Source: Octopus sinensis
Taxonomy: Eukaryota
DNA length: 64,000 nucleotides
Reading direction: 5' to 3'
NCBI RefSeq assembly: GCF_006345805.1
Contig: NC_043015.1
Location: 43,152,001-43,216,000 of the forward strand
Positions 12,528 to 24,269 of the stretch are shown in pieces. The translations under genes were made by a program, and so were the position numbers. The number at the start of each line of letters is the position of its first letter. The first letter of the stretch is position 1. The notes under the pieces are model-generated. The model was not told the DNA's origin. It saw only the letters and a program-made list of their open reading frames with translations, and ran no database searches.

Positions 12528-12880
12528 AGCTGGCAGAAACGTTAGCACGACGGACGAAATGCTCAGCGGTATTTCGTCTGTCGCTATGTTCTGAGTTCAA
12601 ATTCCGCCGAGGTCGACTTTGCCTTTCATCCTTTCGGGGTCGATTAAATAAGTACCAGTTACACACTGGGGTCGATTACATAAGTACCAGTTACGCACTG
12701 GGGTCGATTACATAAGTACCAGTTACGCACTGGGGTCGATTACATAAGTACCAGTTACGCACTGGGGTCGATTACATAAGTACCAGTTACGCACTGGGTC
12801 GATGTAATCGACTTAATCCGTTTGTCTGTTCTTGTTTGTCCCCTTTATGTTTAGCCCCTTGTGGGTAGTAAAGAAATAGG
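12528..12880 (+). mobile_element. SINE family B with an internal 5 x 32-bp tandem expansion, inserted in a P1 MITE
   Basis: Unit TAAGTACCAGTTACGCACTGGGGTCGATTACA starts at 12649, 12681, 12713, 12745 and 12777. Flanking duplication GG(T/C)GTGAGAAGCTGG. Confidence 0.9.
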
Positions 12881-14409
12881 CGTGAGAAGCTGGTCATGGC
12901 CAGTTTGAACAGAAAAATAAAATATTTGGGCTGGATATGACCGGTTTAAATGCTAGAGAGTTAATCTTTTAATCAGGGTAGAAGGCCATTCCCATGGAGC
13001 ATTTACAGGGAATCCAAAACTGGTGGCTGCGAGGAAGGCACTGTGAAACCAGAGATCCACCCTGGATACTTCCAACAGAGTGGGTCCCTGCTAAAGGTGC
13101 CCAAATTATCAGGAAGCGATTATAAACTGGGTGATGGATGAAATCTACCATTCAAGGAAGCTTTCCCAGGATTTGAACTCAGAACACAAGGAGATAGGCT
13201 TCTTTCAGTTTCATTATCATCCTCCTCATTTAACATCCGCTTTCCATGCTGGAATGGGTAGGATGCTTCAACAGGGGACTGGTGAACTGCAGGGCTACAT
13301 CGAGTTCCAGTGGCATCTTTTGCATGGTTTCTACAACGGAATGCATTTCCTAATACCAACCACTTCACAGAGAGTACCATGTATTTGGTTGCCACATCTG
13401 GCGCAAGTGAGTTTCTAACGTAACTTGCAAGACAAAAGAACAGAGAAAAAGGAAAAAGGGCAGCTCCCACTTACTAACAGAAAGTATTTGGGAAGGGTAG
13501 GTGGGTGGCCTTAAGCCAGGTGCTGAAAAAAACTGAAGGTTTTGAACAGCCTGGGGCTTTCACAGAATGCAGTCGCCCAAGGTGCCATGCAGTGGGACTG
13601 AACCCTTACCATAAACCACATGGTTGGGTTAACAACATCTTAACCACACAACCATCATTCTCATCCTTTAACGCCCGTTTTCCATGCTGGCATGGGTTGG
13701 ACTGTGCTTTATACGTTGTTTACAACTTAATAATTAACAACGGCAGTTTTCTTCTCTTTTACTAACTTCTCATTAAGCAAAACCGCTTTGATAAAAGACC
13801 AGATATACCTGAAAATGTACAAGAGGCAGTGGAGAGGAGAGAGAGAGAGAAGAATAAAAGAGAAGGAAGAGGTGGAGAAATTTCTAATACACATCAGTAC
13901 ATTTTTTTTTCCATTCCATTTCGCAATAATCTTTAATATTCTTGCAGACGCAAGACAGACATACCCATTAACAATCAGTCTAGTGTAGATTTGGTTACTC
14001 TACAATTCCACACATACGTACGTATTTACTAGCAATTCTTCGATAATGTGGAGTTTCTTGCTCTAGATCTCTATACACATCATGTACTCTTCACAGAATC
14101 TTTTTTAGATAAGTATGTAATGTTATGAAACATTGTTTGAAGCAAAAGATTGCTTTGAATGCCGGATTCATATCCTATCATTTTACAGAAGAGTGATTAA
14201 ATTGGGGTTTCTTTTCTTCTACTTTCTTTTTTACTCTTTTTGCTTGTTTCAGTCATTTGACTGTGGCCATGCTGGAGCACCGCCTTTTTTTTTTTTTACA
14301 TCAATCGTCCCCTTTTGGCCACCCTTTTATTGCCCCCACTTTTCTTCAACCTTGGATCTTTTCACCCCCCCTCAGGGGGCAGTACTACCCACTTTAGGAA
14401 CCACTGCTT

Positions 14410-14638
14410 TAACTCATTCATTACTGTATTTATTTTGAGATGCTCTGTGTTTCTTTTAATTAATTTTAAATATAGCAAAGAAGTTAGTAAAATAACTTAG
14501 TTACCATTAAGCTAGTGTAAGAAACATAAATTGTGACTAAGGTTTGGTGGAAGATTTTAATTGAAAACTTATGAAAACAAGGCATTTGTACTACAGAGCC
14601 AGAACCGGTTTCAGCCGGGTTGGTATCAAAAGGGTTAA
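14410..14638. mobile_element. piggyBac-like (TTAA) MITE, family P2
   Basis: TTAACTCATTCATTAC ... GGTATCAAAAGGGTTAA; inverted partial copy at about 35147-35335 and an older copy at about 37306-37538. Confidence 0.7.
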
Positions 14639-15249
14639 ATGGTGCTAAAGAGCCTGTTTGATAGTCACCTGATTTCAAATGCTTGTCAAAACCAAGTATT
14701 AAATTTTGGATTGAAATTCTAAGAATAGGATTTTTTTTTAACCCTTTAGCATTTGGATTATTCTGTCAAAAATAATTCTTCATTCTTCAATTGTTTTTTT
14801 ATTAATAATGCACCATTTCATAACTGTGAGATTTTGGCGATATGATTTGTTTGTTTTTAGATTGACATTGTAGGGCAGGTGTGAGAGTCCAGATCTGGTT
14901 GGTTTGAGCATACAACAGGTAGAATATTTTGGCCGGATATGGGCGGCTTAAAATTCTAATGGGTCAAACATCAAATGGATATGAGGGTCCAGCCGAGTGA
15001 AACAGGAATCAGGGTGGGGGGTGGGGTTGAGAACTACTGGGGTTAGTCGATACTCTTGATATCAGTACCTAGTTAGTATCTATTTGAATGACCCTGAAAG
15101 GGTAAAAGCAAAGTAGAACCTCGGCAGGATTTGAACTCAGGATGTGAACAGCCAGAACGAATACCACAAGGCATTTTTCTGGATGCTCCGTTGCTTTTGC
15201 TAATCTAACACCCATCAAATATGAGATACTGAGAACCAGATAATCTAAT

Positions 15250-15632
15250 TCTCTTATTCTTTTACTAGTTTCTGCCATTTGACTGCGGCCACGCTAGAGC
15301 ACTGCCTTAAACGTTTTTTTTTTAATCGAAGAGATTTATTCTTTGTAAGCCTAATATTTATTCCTTCAGTGCCTTTTGTCAAACCGCTAAGTTACGGGAA
15401 CGTAAACACACCAACAGAGGTTGTCTAGCGATGGCGTGGGTACAAACAGACATACATAAATACACACACGCACACACAAACTTCTTTCAGCTTCTGTCTA
15501 CCAAATCCACTCAAAAGGCTTTCGTCGGCCTAAGGTTATAGTAGAATACACGAGCACAAGGTGCCACGCAGAGACTGAACCCGGAACCATGTGGTTGAGA
15601 AACGAGCTTCTTACTACACAGCCACGCCTGTG
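15250..15632 (-). mobile_element. Diverged SINE family A
   Basis: Matches the family A consensus (see 26639). Confidence 0.8.
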
Positions 15633-15959
15633 CCTTTTAGTTTGCGGCCCCCCACTTTTTTTCTCAAAGAAAAAGCAAAAAAGTAGGTGTAATTTAAGCG
15701 AGATTTAGCATCTATTTCTAGCATGTTAATTGACTGCATAGAGGCTCCCCCATTGGCCAATGTTGCTGTGTCCTTCTCAACCCTCTTTATAAAGTGCATC
15801 GAAAACCACACTGTTCAAGTCATTGTTTTTTCATTTTTATTTTTTTTGTTTAATGTGACATGAGGAACGTTTAGCTGCTGTTTCTTGCAGGTAGAATAAC
15901 TGCTTCGAATGGCCTCTTGAGAGTTTTATTGGTTGGACTGTCTCTAGAAATCAATGGAA

Positions 15960-16450
15960 GGGAAGATGCATGAAAGAGAGAGAGAGAGAGAAAAGGGAGC
16001 GCGAAGATTACGAAGACTGCTGAAATATGAATGCAGAGGGAGGAGAGCAATAGAGGGAGAGAGAGGGGGAATAAAGAAAGAGAGAAAGAGGAAAGAAAGA
16101 GAAAGAGCAAAGAGGAGGGAGAAAGAAAGAGAAAAAGAAAAAGAGGGAAAACAGTGAAAGAAGAGAGAGAGAGAGAGGAGAAAGAGCAGAGAAGAGAGAA
16201 GAGAGAAGAGAGAAAGAGGGAAGAAAGAGAAAGAGGGAAGAAAGAGAAAGAGGGAAGAAAGAGAAAGAGGGAAGAAAGAGAAAGAGGGAAGAAAGAGAAA
16301 GCGCAAAGAGAAGAGAGAGAGAAAGAGGGGAGAGAAAGAGGGAAGGAAAAGAAAGAGCAAAAAGGAGAGAGAGGGGAAAAAAGAGAAAGAGCAGAGAAGA
16401 GAGAGAGAGAGAGAGAAGGGAGCGAGATAGATAGTGGGAGTGAGAAAGGG
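15960..16450. repeat. GA-rich polypurine tract with 17-bp GAAAGAGGGAAGAAAGA units
   Basis: Directly visible. Confidence 0.9.
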
Positions 16451-16908
16451 AGATAACAAAGTCGGAGGCGGCGGGCGGCGACGTCGACGGCGTAGCATCA
16501 TCAGTGTATCAGGAGTGACGTCTGCCCTGACCAGCTGATCAGCTCACTATTGCCTTATAGCTGGAACACGTGCTTTCTTCTTCATAATATATATATATAT
16601 AAACATACAAGTATTAGAAATAGCTGAAGAAATTTCTTTAGCTGCTATTTCTAATGAGTTCAGTATGTGGCAAAGTAATTTATTTTACTAAGCCCTTATA
16701 TATAATATATATACATACATATATTATTAGTTGAAAAGCAAGTGCTTGCTGGTGGTGAGGAGGAGAAAGCACAGTTGCTAATTATTAATAAGTATACGAG
16801 GAAGGAAACACCTTCACTATGTTACTCTTAACAGCGCGGAGTCTCTATTGATTAATAATTAGCAACGATAATGAAGTTTCGTATTTATATATATTTAAAA
16901 CTAAAGGA

Positions 16909-17470
16909 ATATTTTCGGTTTGAACGGCAGTTTTTTTTTAATAATTACTAGGTAACTAAAAAAATTTCAAACTTCGTATACTGGTAGAATGTGTTTATAA
17001 AACATCTTTTTCTCTTGGCTTTATTGAGAAAACTATATATTTTGTAAGATATTTGTTGTTTTTTTTCTTCAATTTCTGCAATTTCAACCAATCAATGACG
17101 TCCATTGAGGTAAAAAAAAAAACAACATTCTGAGCCGTATGAATATGTCCCTCGTTTAAGAAACAGATTGGGTTTATTTACATTTCTGAAGAAAAAAAAG
17201 ATACCCTAACCCTAACCCTAAAACAGTCTGAAATGCAATAGATCGATACTAGGGTTATAATTATGTATTTCTTTACTACCCACAAGGGGCTAAACACAGA
17301 GGGGACAAACAAGGACAGACAAAGCGATTAAGTCGATTCCATCGACCCCAGTACCCAACTGGTACTTAATTTATCGACCCCGAAAGGATGAAAGGCAAAG
17401 TCAACCTCGGCGGAATTTGAACTCAGAACGTAGCGGCAGACGAATTACTGCCGGTCAAACCGAAAAGATC
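16909..17470 (-). mobile_element. MITE family T (contains CCCTAA repeats), interrupted by a SINE B at about 17265-17445
   Basis: TIR TTTTCGGTTTGAACGGCAGTTTT ... ACTGCCGGTCAAACCGAAAAGATC; inverted homolog of 27349-27772. Confidence 0.85.
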
Positions 17471-20400
17471 GAAACTAAATTGGAAAGTTACAATTCTGAC
17501 GACTTTAGCTTCAAATCAATCCAGATCCCGGACAACTACGACCAGAGATTCCAGTCGTTATCATCTGGCGTGGGTCAGTTCCAAAGCATTGATGTCCAAA
17601 TCACAGAAGTATAGTTCGTAGGGAATAACTGTGGTTTATTCTGATTTCTAGATAGAAGCGAAATGGCAAATAACATTTACTGACCAAAGACAGAAATAAA
17701 TAGATAAAAAGTTTTGTTATACGGTGTAATTTAAGTAAATTTAATAATTATTTAATTTAGAGCGTTTTGACCAAGGTGATTACAAAAATCAGGAATCTGG
17801 AAGCGGTTTGAAAGCAAAGATTTTGGAAAATCGATGTTTTACACGTATCGTAACAGCATGACGAGCGAAGCAAAATTAATTTAATCCTCTGTGTCGTCGA
17901 AGTAATTTACGATTAAATATTGCTGTGAGCATTAAATACTAAAATTAGAGTAAAAAAAAAATGTCACAGCTCAATTTGATGCTATAAATAATATTGGTTA
18001 ACGTAATTAAACGACTAATATTTTAATTGGCTAATTAACACAGCTATACATGACTTGTGGACGGTATAACAACACAATTTGTGTAGTAATAGCTCGTTAC
18101 ATGTAAGTGAAAAAAGATCGTTACTAAATGGTTTACATGAAAAACCACATTTTGAAAATAGTTGAGGGAGAGAGAGAGTGTGTGTGAGAGTGAGAGAGAG
18201 ACAGAACAAGAGTGTGTGACAGTGAGTGAGAGAGTGAGAAAGAGAGAGTGTGTGTGTGTGTGTGACCTAACTCCGTTAGCCTGGAAACTCGCTAAATCTT
18301 GAATTTATAATTTTTTTTTAAATAAATTTGTTCCGGTTCTTCAGAGATTCTTCACAATCTGAAAACTATCTGCAATCACCGCGAGCTACAAAATGGGTGA
18401 CCGACCACACACAATGTTTGGCAACAAAATCCATGCAATTAGCAAATTGGATTGTCGTCCACCGGTCGGTTATTACCCGAATTGTAGCACCCGCCAACAA
18501 CCACCACCTGTTCAGTCCAAACAAAGAAGGGCAAGTCTTCGGTGACAAAGATCTGATGAGACAGATACCAAATGAAAATCAATACAGCAATGTACACGAG
18601 GATAATTTTTCAAATAAAATTTGAGAGTCGAGATCAATGATATCACAAATGCAGTTTGCGATGGAGATAGGATCTTGTCAAATTTCTTCCAATCACTTGC
18701 AGTTATTATTTCACCAAATTATTATATTTTTAATGTAATTCTAAAATAGTTTTTCACGTTGATGATGAAAATAACATTCGCTTTTCTTTTCTTTCTTTTT
18801 TTCAGAGAAATTTAATAACAAAAAAGTTACAAGCATTTAAAGTTATGCAATTTTACTAAGACGATCACAGTCAACATATCGTATGACAGAAATATCTATT
18901 ATAATTCTATGACAACACAACTAAGACGAAGCCTGTACGTAGCCGCTCGACTTGCTAGAAATACCAGCCAAATTTTCTTTACACAATACCACAATACTTT
19001 ATATGACATATTTCGGAGGGAACGTAGTTTTCTTTTTATCTTTTTAATTCATTATTAGAGCATCAATGTAGTATGGTCTTAAATTCTCAGCAATATCACG
19101 GAGACTGCTGATTACGAATTAGGAATTACTCAACTAACCTGATCGAAGAACCAATGTTAGATAATAAGAAAGGTTTCGCTCACTTTAGCTTTGCATTCGA
19201 TAGAACCAACGTGTGGGGGCACGCGCATGTGTAATATATATATATATATATATATATATATCAAATACCGTTCGGTTCTGATTTTTGAAAAAAAACAATT
19301 CAGTTTTATATTCTGAATCCCTTATGTTAAGATCAGATAATTCGAAGATCATTTTTCTTAGGGATCAAAAACAAAATAAAATAAGAGGGTGTTTGCAGGA
19401 AAGAAAATAAAATGTTATTTGTTTAAATGAAAAGGAGAAAGTAAAAACGTTCCATTGATTTTTACGGAATCTTTCACTATTTTTTTTTTTGGGGGGGGGG
19501 GGGTTCTAAGGGTATCTTACTACGATATTATAAAAAAATGAAAATTGGTGTTTGTGTGCATGTATATATATTGTGTGTGCGCGCGCTTGTACATATATAT
19601 ATAGGGCGAATTTCATTTTAAACGTAATTTTTGTTTTAAGAAATCCAATATGTAAAACCTGTATATATATATATAATATATATATATTTTCGTTTCTCGT
19701 TCAGTTCTACGTCTATTTGTGGCGTCCTGTACACACGTATATATATTTATATATGTTCAACAACAATTGAGGAACGGCCTCAATAGGCCATTCGACCCAC
19801 TAAAAAGAGCAGCCAGGACTCAAACCGTCAAGTAGTAGTAATTCAGAAATTAAAGGAAAATTAAAAAACATTTACCCTATTCATCTTTAGACAATGCATT
19901 GTTTCGGAGTTTTTAATGGCAAACCAGCCTAATTAAATTAAATTAAACTTGCATGTATATTTACATGTAGATGTAGGTACGTACATATATGTTTGTATGT
20001 ATGCATATATTTTATTTATTACACTATATATATATATATACACACACACAACGATAAAGAGATGAACATAAATATATAAAAAATTGTTTATGTTCATCTA
20101 CCAATCGTTGAGTGTAGGTGTGTGTGTGTATATATATACATATATATATATATATAGCGGAGGCAAAGAAATACGCACACCACTCGTTTTCGGCATGACC
20201 CTAACATTAAACACTGGATGTGTGTATTCTTTACTTTCGCCTACATACATATATACACACACGCATCGATATATATATATATATGATCATACAACTCTAT
20301 ATATACTTGGAAATGGATGCGTCGCTTTCAATTAAATAACTATACATACATACATATATGGGTACAGGATGTCACCAACGGTGTAAATAACATGAAATAC

Positions 20401-20542
20401 GTAAACAAACGAGGGAAAAACGCATTAAGTATGTAAACAACGAGGGAAATAATTCAGCCTTAATATATACTCATTTCGAGCATTCAATATATATATAATA
20501 ATAAATCTCTGGGCGAGATATAAACAGTAACTGCTCTATAAC

Positions 20543-20739
20543 ATAAGAGGGATCACCCATCTGAATGTGGCTAGGGTCAGGGCGGGGTGGTGGGGGTGTT
20601 ACTGATGCATTTAGCCCCAGGCGAAATCGACGTCAGCTCTTCTGGTGACGTCGATGTTCGCCTGGGGCTAAATGCATCAGTAACACCCCCACCACCCCGC
20701 CCTGACCCTAGCCACATTCAGATGGCTGATCCCTCTTAT
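20543..20739. mobile_element. Near-perfect palindromic (foldback) MITE
   Basis: Arms of about 93 bp (20543-20635 and 20646-20739) with one mismatch and one bulge, a 10-nt loop, and TA|AGAGGG...CCCTCT|TA borders. Confidence 0.85.
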
Positions 20740-20765
20740 AATATATATATATATATATATATATA

Positions 20766-21068
20766 CTAGCACTATAACCCGGCAACGCCGGGTCATGCGA
20801 GTACTGTCCAAATCTCCGACCAATCACATACAGCTAGCTGGCATTCAATTGATGTATCAAGTTTCGGGCATTTTGATTGGGTTTTGGATAGAAAATTCAC
20901 AAAAAGGTCACTTCTATTGATTTTTTTAATGGCTTTGCGGGGTGACTGGGGGACCACCCTTGGACGGTTTTGAATGACCATAGAAAGTGCGAGCCCTCTA
21001 ACTGAAAAATTGTGGATTTGTATAAAGGACACACACACACAGAATTTTGCCGTTTATATATAGAGAGA
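20766..21068 (-). mobile_element. Non-autonomous Helitron
   Basis: Minus strand starts A|TCTCTCTATATATAAA and ends with hairpin ACCCGGC-GTT-GCCGGGT shortly before the terminal CTAG|T. Inserted between A and T with no TSD. Confidence 0.85.
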
Positions 21069-21078
21069 TAATATAATA

Positions 21079-21152
<74 letters not shown>

Positions 21153-21696
21153 TATATTATATTGTGTTTGCGTGTCGATGTTTACCTGTTGCCCCACCAC
21201 TCACTGTTTGACAACCGGTGTAGGTTTGTTTACGTCCCCGATATAGCTAGCGGTTCGGTATAAGAAAACGACAGAACAAGTACCAGCTTTTTAACATGAT
21301 AAAGAATTGGTGTTGATTCGTTCGATTAAATTCTCTACGGCGCCGCAGTTCAATGGCAGACACAAGGGGAAAACAAAGAAACAAAGACATACAAACATAC
21401 ATACAGACAGACAGATGTATGCATACATACATACAGATGTATGCATACATACAGACAGATGCATACATACAGACAGACAGATGTATGCATACATACAAAG
21501 AGACAGAGAGAAAATTCGATGTACACGTATAAAGGCAGAAATGATACAAACACACTAAACAATAAATTCAGCCTTAATAGATCATCTATCTATAGCTTTC
21601 ATAAGCTCTATATTATTTTCCCAACGATTGTACAAAAACCAATTATATTTGGAATATCAACTAAAAACTCCTCAAGGGAACGGTATGCATACACAT

Positions 21697-21729
<33 letters not shown>

Positions 21730-22464
21730 ATATATATATATGTATATTAATGTGTCTGTGTGTCCCTCGTGTGCATGCCAAATTATGTAGCATCTATTCC
21801 CCTAACGCGGGAGTTCCATTAAATCTTGAAATTATATTTGTATTGTGTCTCATATATATAATTCCAAAATATAAGACAAAAACAAAAGCTGTATCGAACC
21901 GGCGACCAGGGCTCTACACAGTAGCTCGACTTGCTAGAAATAACAGCCAAAGTTTCTACAAATTTCACCGAATCATCATTATTTTATTCTATATTTCAAT
22001 TCCCTGCGGTTCAGCGGCACGTCGTACATGAAGAGTTTCTAGCCCCTTGTCTATTCACGCACAATATTATATATTGAACGACTTAGCGATTCTATCATTA
22101 CTTCTTTCCGTAAGAACAGCCATAGCTAACCATCACTGAGGAGGTCTAATAATACCAGAATACACTCGGAGTTATCGGCCTTACTTTCCAGATTATCTAA
22201 ATTCAGTGAGTTTCATAGAAATACGGAGTAGATGAAACAGGGACAACTGATGAAGGGGAATATTCTTTATGTTGCATGTCTCCTTTCTCTGTTTGTATTT
22301 TTCGTTGCTTGAAAAAGAAGTTCGTTTTCTATGTTTTTGTTTTTATGTTTTCGTTTCTCATTGTGTTCAACAGTTTTTTAATGTCCTGTACCCATATACG
22401 CATGTATATATATACATATATATGTAGGTATGCACATATACATATTCTTTTTTCTTTCTTTTTT

Positions 22465-22845
22465 ATTCTTTTATTTGTTTCAGTCATTTGACTGCGGCCA
22501 TGCTGGAGCACCGCCTTTAGTCGAGCAACTCGACCCCGGGACTTATTCTTTGTAAGCCCAGTACTTATTCTATCGGTCTCTTTTGCCGAGCCGCTAAGTG
22601 ACGTGGACGTAAACACACCAGCATCGGTTGTCAAGCGATGTTGGGGGGGACAAACACAGACACAAAACATACACACACATATATATACATATGACGGGCT
22701 TCTTTCAGTTTCTGTCTACCAAATCCACTCACAAGGCTTTGGTCGGCCCAGGGCTATAGTAGAAGACACTTGCCCAAGGTGCCACGTAGTGGGACTGAAT
22801 CCGGAACCATGTGGTTGGTAAGCAGGCTACTTACCACATAGCCAT
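22465..22845 (-). mobile_element. SINE family A
   Basis: Near full-length reverse complement of family A. Confidence 0.9.
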
Positions 22846-23569
22846 ATTTTATTTATTTATATATATATACACATACATACCTCTAAACATCCTGTTTCCA
22901 GCACTCACTCGTATGGAAATTTTTCCACCGGCCCAAGAGAGCAATACCATCTACTTTTGAGAGGTGACAAGCGCTGTCGTAGCTGGGAAAACCCCAGCAA
23001 AAATAAAAGCGATAGTATCTTTAACTAGTTTTTAGCTCGGCAGCTGTGGCCATGGGAACCCCCCAAAACTGCTTCCTGCGAAAGTGAAAACAACGTTATT
23101 CTACAAGGTCACCTAAATACTAATAATGTTTACATACATTAAAAAAAAATAATAAAGCCAGCTGTTAACATAGAGAGAAGGAAATAGTACGGGAGTATGG
23201 TTTTTTTTTCATTTGTACGGTTTCGCATTTCTATGCCGTAAAAGGCGAAGAGGATTTTCAAGCGCCTCAAAATCAAGTGCTTTCGTAATAAATATTTTTG
23301 TCATAACAAAGCAGCAATTAGGCTTATCCTTAAATTAGTTTCGGTTTTTTCTTTTTTCTTCCTTTTATTTTTTCGCTTTTAAACGAAAATAATTCAGACT
23401 AGAGTCGAAGGAATGCTTTTCGTATTTGCTTGAGCGAGAAACGAAATTATTTTCTCTTACGTGAGTGTGTGAGTGTAAATTTAATTAAATTTGTGACAGA
23501 GTATTTCGTCGGAGATATCATAATTTTCCTCCTTTCCCATTTTATGACCAAGTAAATGTGTATATATAT

Positions 23570-24191
23570 GTTCTTTTACTTGTTTCAGTCATTTGACTGT
23601 GGCCATGCTGGAGCAACGCCTTTAGTCGAGCAAATCGACCCCAGGACTTATTCTTTGGAAGCCTAGTACTTATTCTATCGGTCTCTTTTGCCGAACCGCT
23701 AAGTTACGGGGACGTAGACCCACCAGAATCGGTTGTCAAGCGATGTTGGGGGACAAACACAGACACACAGGCATATATATACAACGGGCTTCTTTCAGTT
23801 TCCGTCTACCAAATCCACTCACAAGGGTTTGGTCGACCCGAGGCTATAGTAGAAGACACTTGCCCAAGGTGCCACGCAGTGGAACTGAACCCCGAACCAT
23901 GTGGTTTGTAAGCAAGCTACTTACCACACACACACTCCTACGCCTTTAGTCGAGCAAATCGACCCCAGTACTTTTTCTATCGGTCTCTTTTGCCGAACCG
24001 CTAAGTTACGGGCGACGTAAACACACCAGTATTGGTTGTCAACACACACACATATATATACACATATATACGACGGGCTTCTTTTAGTTTCCGTCTACCA
24101 AATCCACTTGCCCAAGGTTTCACGCAGTGGGACAGAACCCGGAACCATGTGGTTGGTAAGCAAGCTACTTACCACACAGACTCCTACGCCT
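23570..24191 (-). mobile_element. SINE family A plus an adjacent internally deleted tandem copy
   Basis: Second unit starts at about 23941 (CGCCTTTAGTCGAGCAAATCGACCCC) and carries deletions. Confidence 0.85.
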
Positions 24192-24231
24192 ATATATATA
24201 TATGCGGTCCGCAATAATATTCTTATATAAT

Positions 24232-24269
<38 letters not shown>

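Noticed and set aside
12649-12803. CRISPR-like 32-bp repeats
   Set aside because: No spacers, the unit is internal SINE sequence, there are no cas genes and the context is eukaryotic.
17203-17221. Telomere or chromosome-fusion relic (CCCTAA)3
   Set aside because: Lies inside a TIR-bounded MITE that has a second copy in the window.
18328-18624. 98-aa plus-strand ORF in unique sequence
   Set aside because: TTG start, no recognisable domain and no supporting neighbouring exons.
22240-22275. Hammerhead at CTGATGAAGGGG
   Set aside because: No stem II closure or GAAA box follows; at most a decayed remnant.
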